A stretch of DNA of 64,000 nt, from the NCBI GenBank assembly GCA_965205425.1, contig CBDBGZ010000009.1, forward strand, positions 256,001 to 320,000, in the 5' to 3' direction. Below, one piece after another: positions 63,824 through 64,000 of the stretch. A model generated the notes under the pieces. The model did no database searches. It was not told where the DNA came from and saw nothing but the letters and a program-made list of their open reading frames with translations. Both the position numbers and the translations under genes were made by a program. Each line of letters starts with the position of its first letter. The stretch's first letter is position 1. This DNA is from Nitrosopumilus sp. GTDB lineage: Archaea > Thermoproteota > Nitrososphaeria > Nitrososphaerales > Nitrosopumilaceae.

Positions 63824-64000
63824 TTAAAATTTAATTTTGGAAGTGAATTTTTCATTTAATTGATCATAGATTTTTTTTCGTTCTGGAATTAGTTGTTTTG
63901 AATCATCATACATTTTTGTAAAAAATATTGCAATGATTCTATCGCCATTTTGATCAAAAAAACGAACACTGAAACTTGTACGTTCAGGTTTTTCTTCGGC
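63824..64000 (-). CDS. Partial ORF (C-terminus), possibly ChuX/HutX-like
   Basis: Manual translation ..RTSFSVRFFDQNGDRIIAIFFTKMYD..; runs off the window. Confidence 0.5.
   Translation of the reverse strand, partial: AEEKPERTSFSVRFFDQNGDRIIAIFFTKMYDDSKQLIPERKKIYDQLNEKFTSKIKF

Overview
AT-rich archaeal chromosome segment. Gene content and synteny point to a Nitrosopumilus-like thaumarchaeon (Nitrosopumilaceae). The right third (44-64 kb) is core genome: NAD kinase, Nob1, XPF, the prefoldin/Pcc1/L37ae/exosome/SBDS cluster, rpoD-L18e-L13-S9, two LeuCD-type pairs, cofE and 2-oxoacid:ferredoxin oxidoreductase. The 30-38 kb stretch is also core, with tRNA-Gly, a box C/D sRNA, an antiporter, a GT2 and a rhodanese. 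The first 30 kb is heavily invaded by nested insertion sequences: two IS630 types, IS110, ISH3-like, three IS5-like types, IS481, IS982-like, an IS1595 remnant and a MITE. Four things stand out. (1) A 5.66-kb single-transposase IS6-family unit transposon (38316-43979; perfect 74-bp TIRs, 8-bp TSD) carrying two DNA methyltransferases, a putative PD-(D/E)xK nuclease and small DNA-binding proteins. (2) A coupled operon of a wHTH/nucleotidyltransferase fusion, a TRAFAC GTPase and a GAP1-N/DENN-like protein (18843-22822), resembling a GTPase-centred conflict system. (3) An IS110 whose 3' non-coding region has two tandem loop modules with exact matches to both element junctions (bridge/seekRNA-like). 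(4) Two unrelated secreted proteins sharing a near-identical promoter plus signal-peptide cassette. All family calls come from motif recognition by eye; no searches were run.
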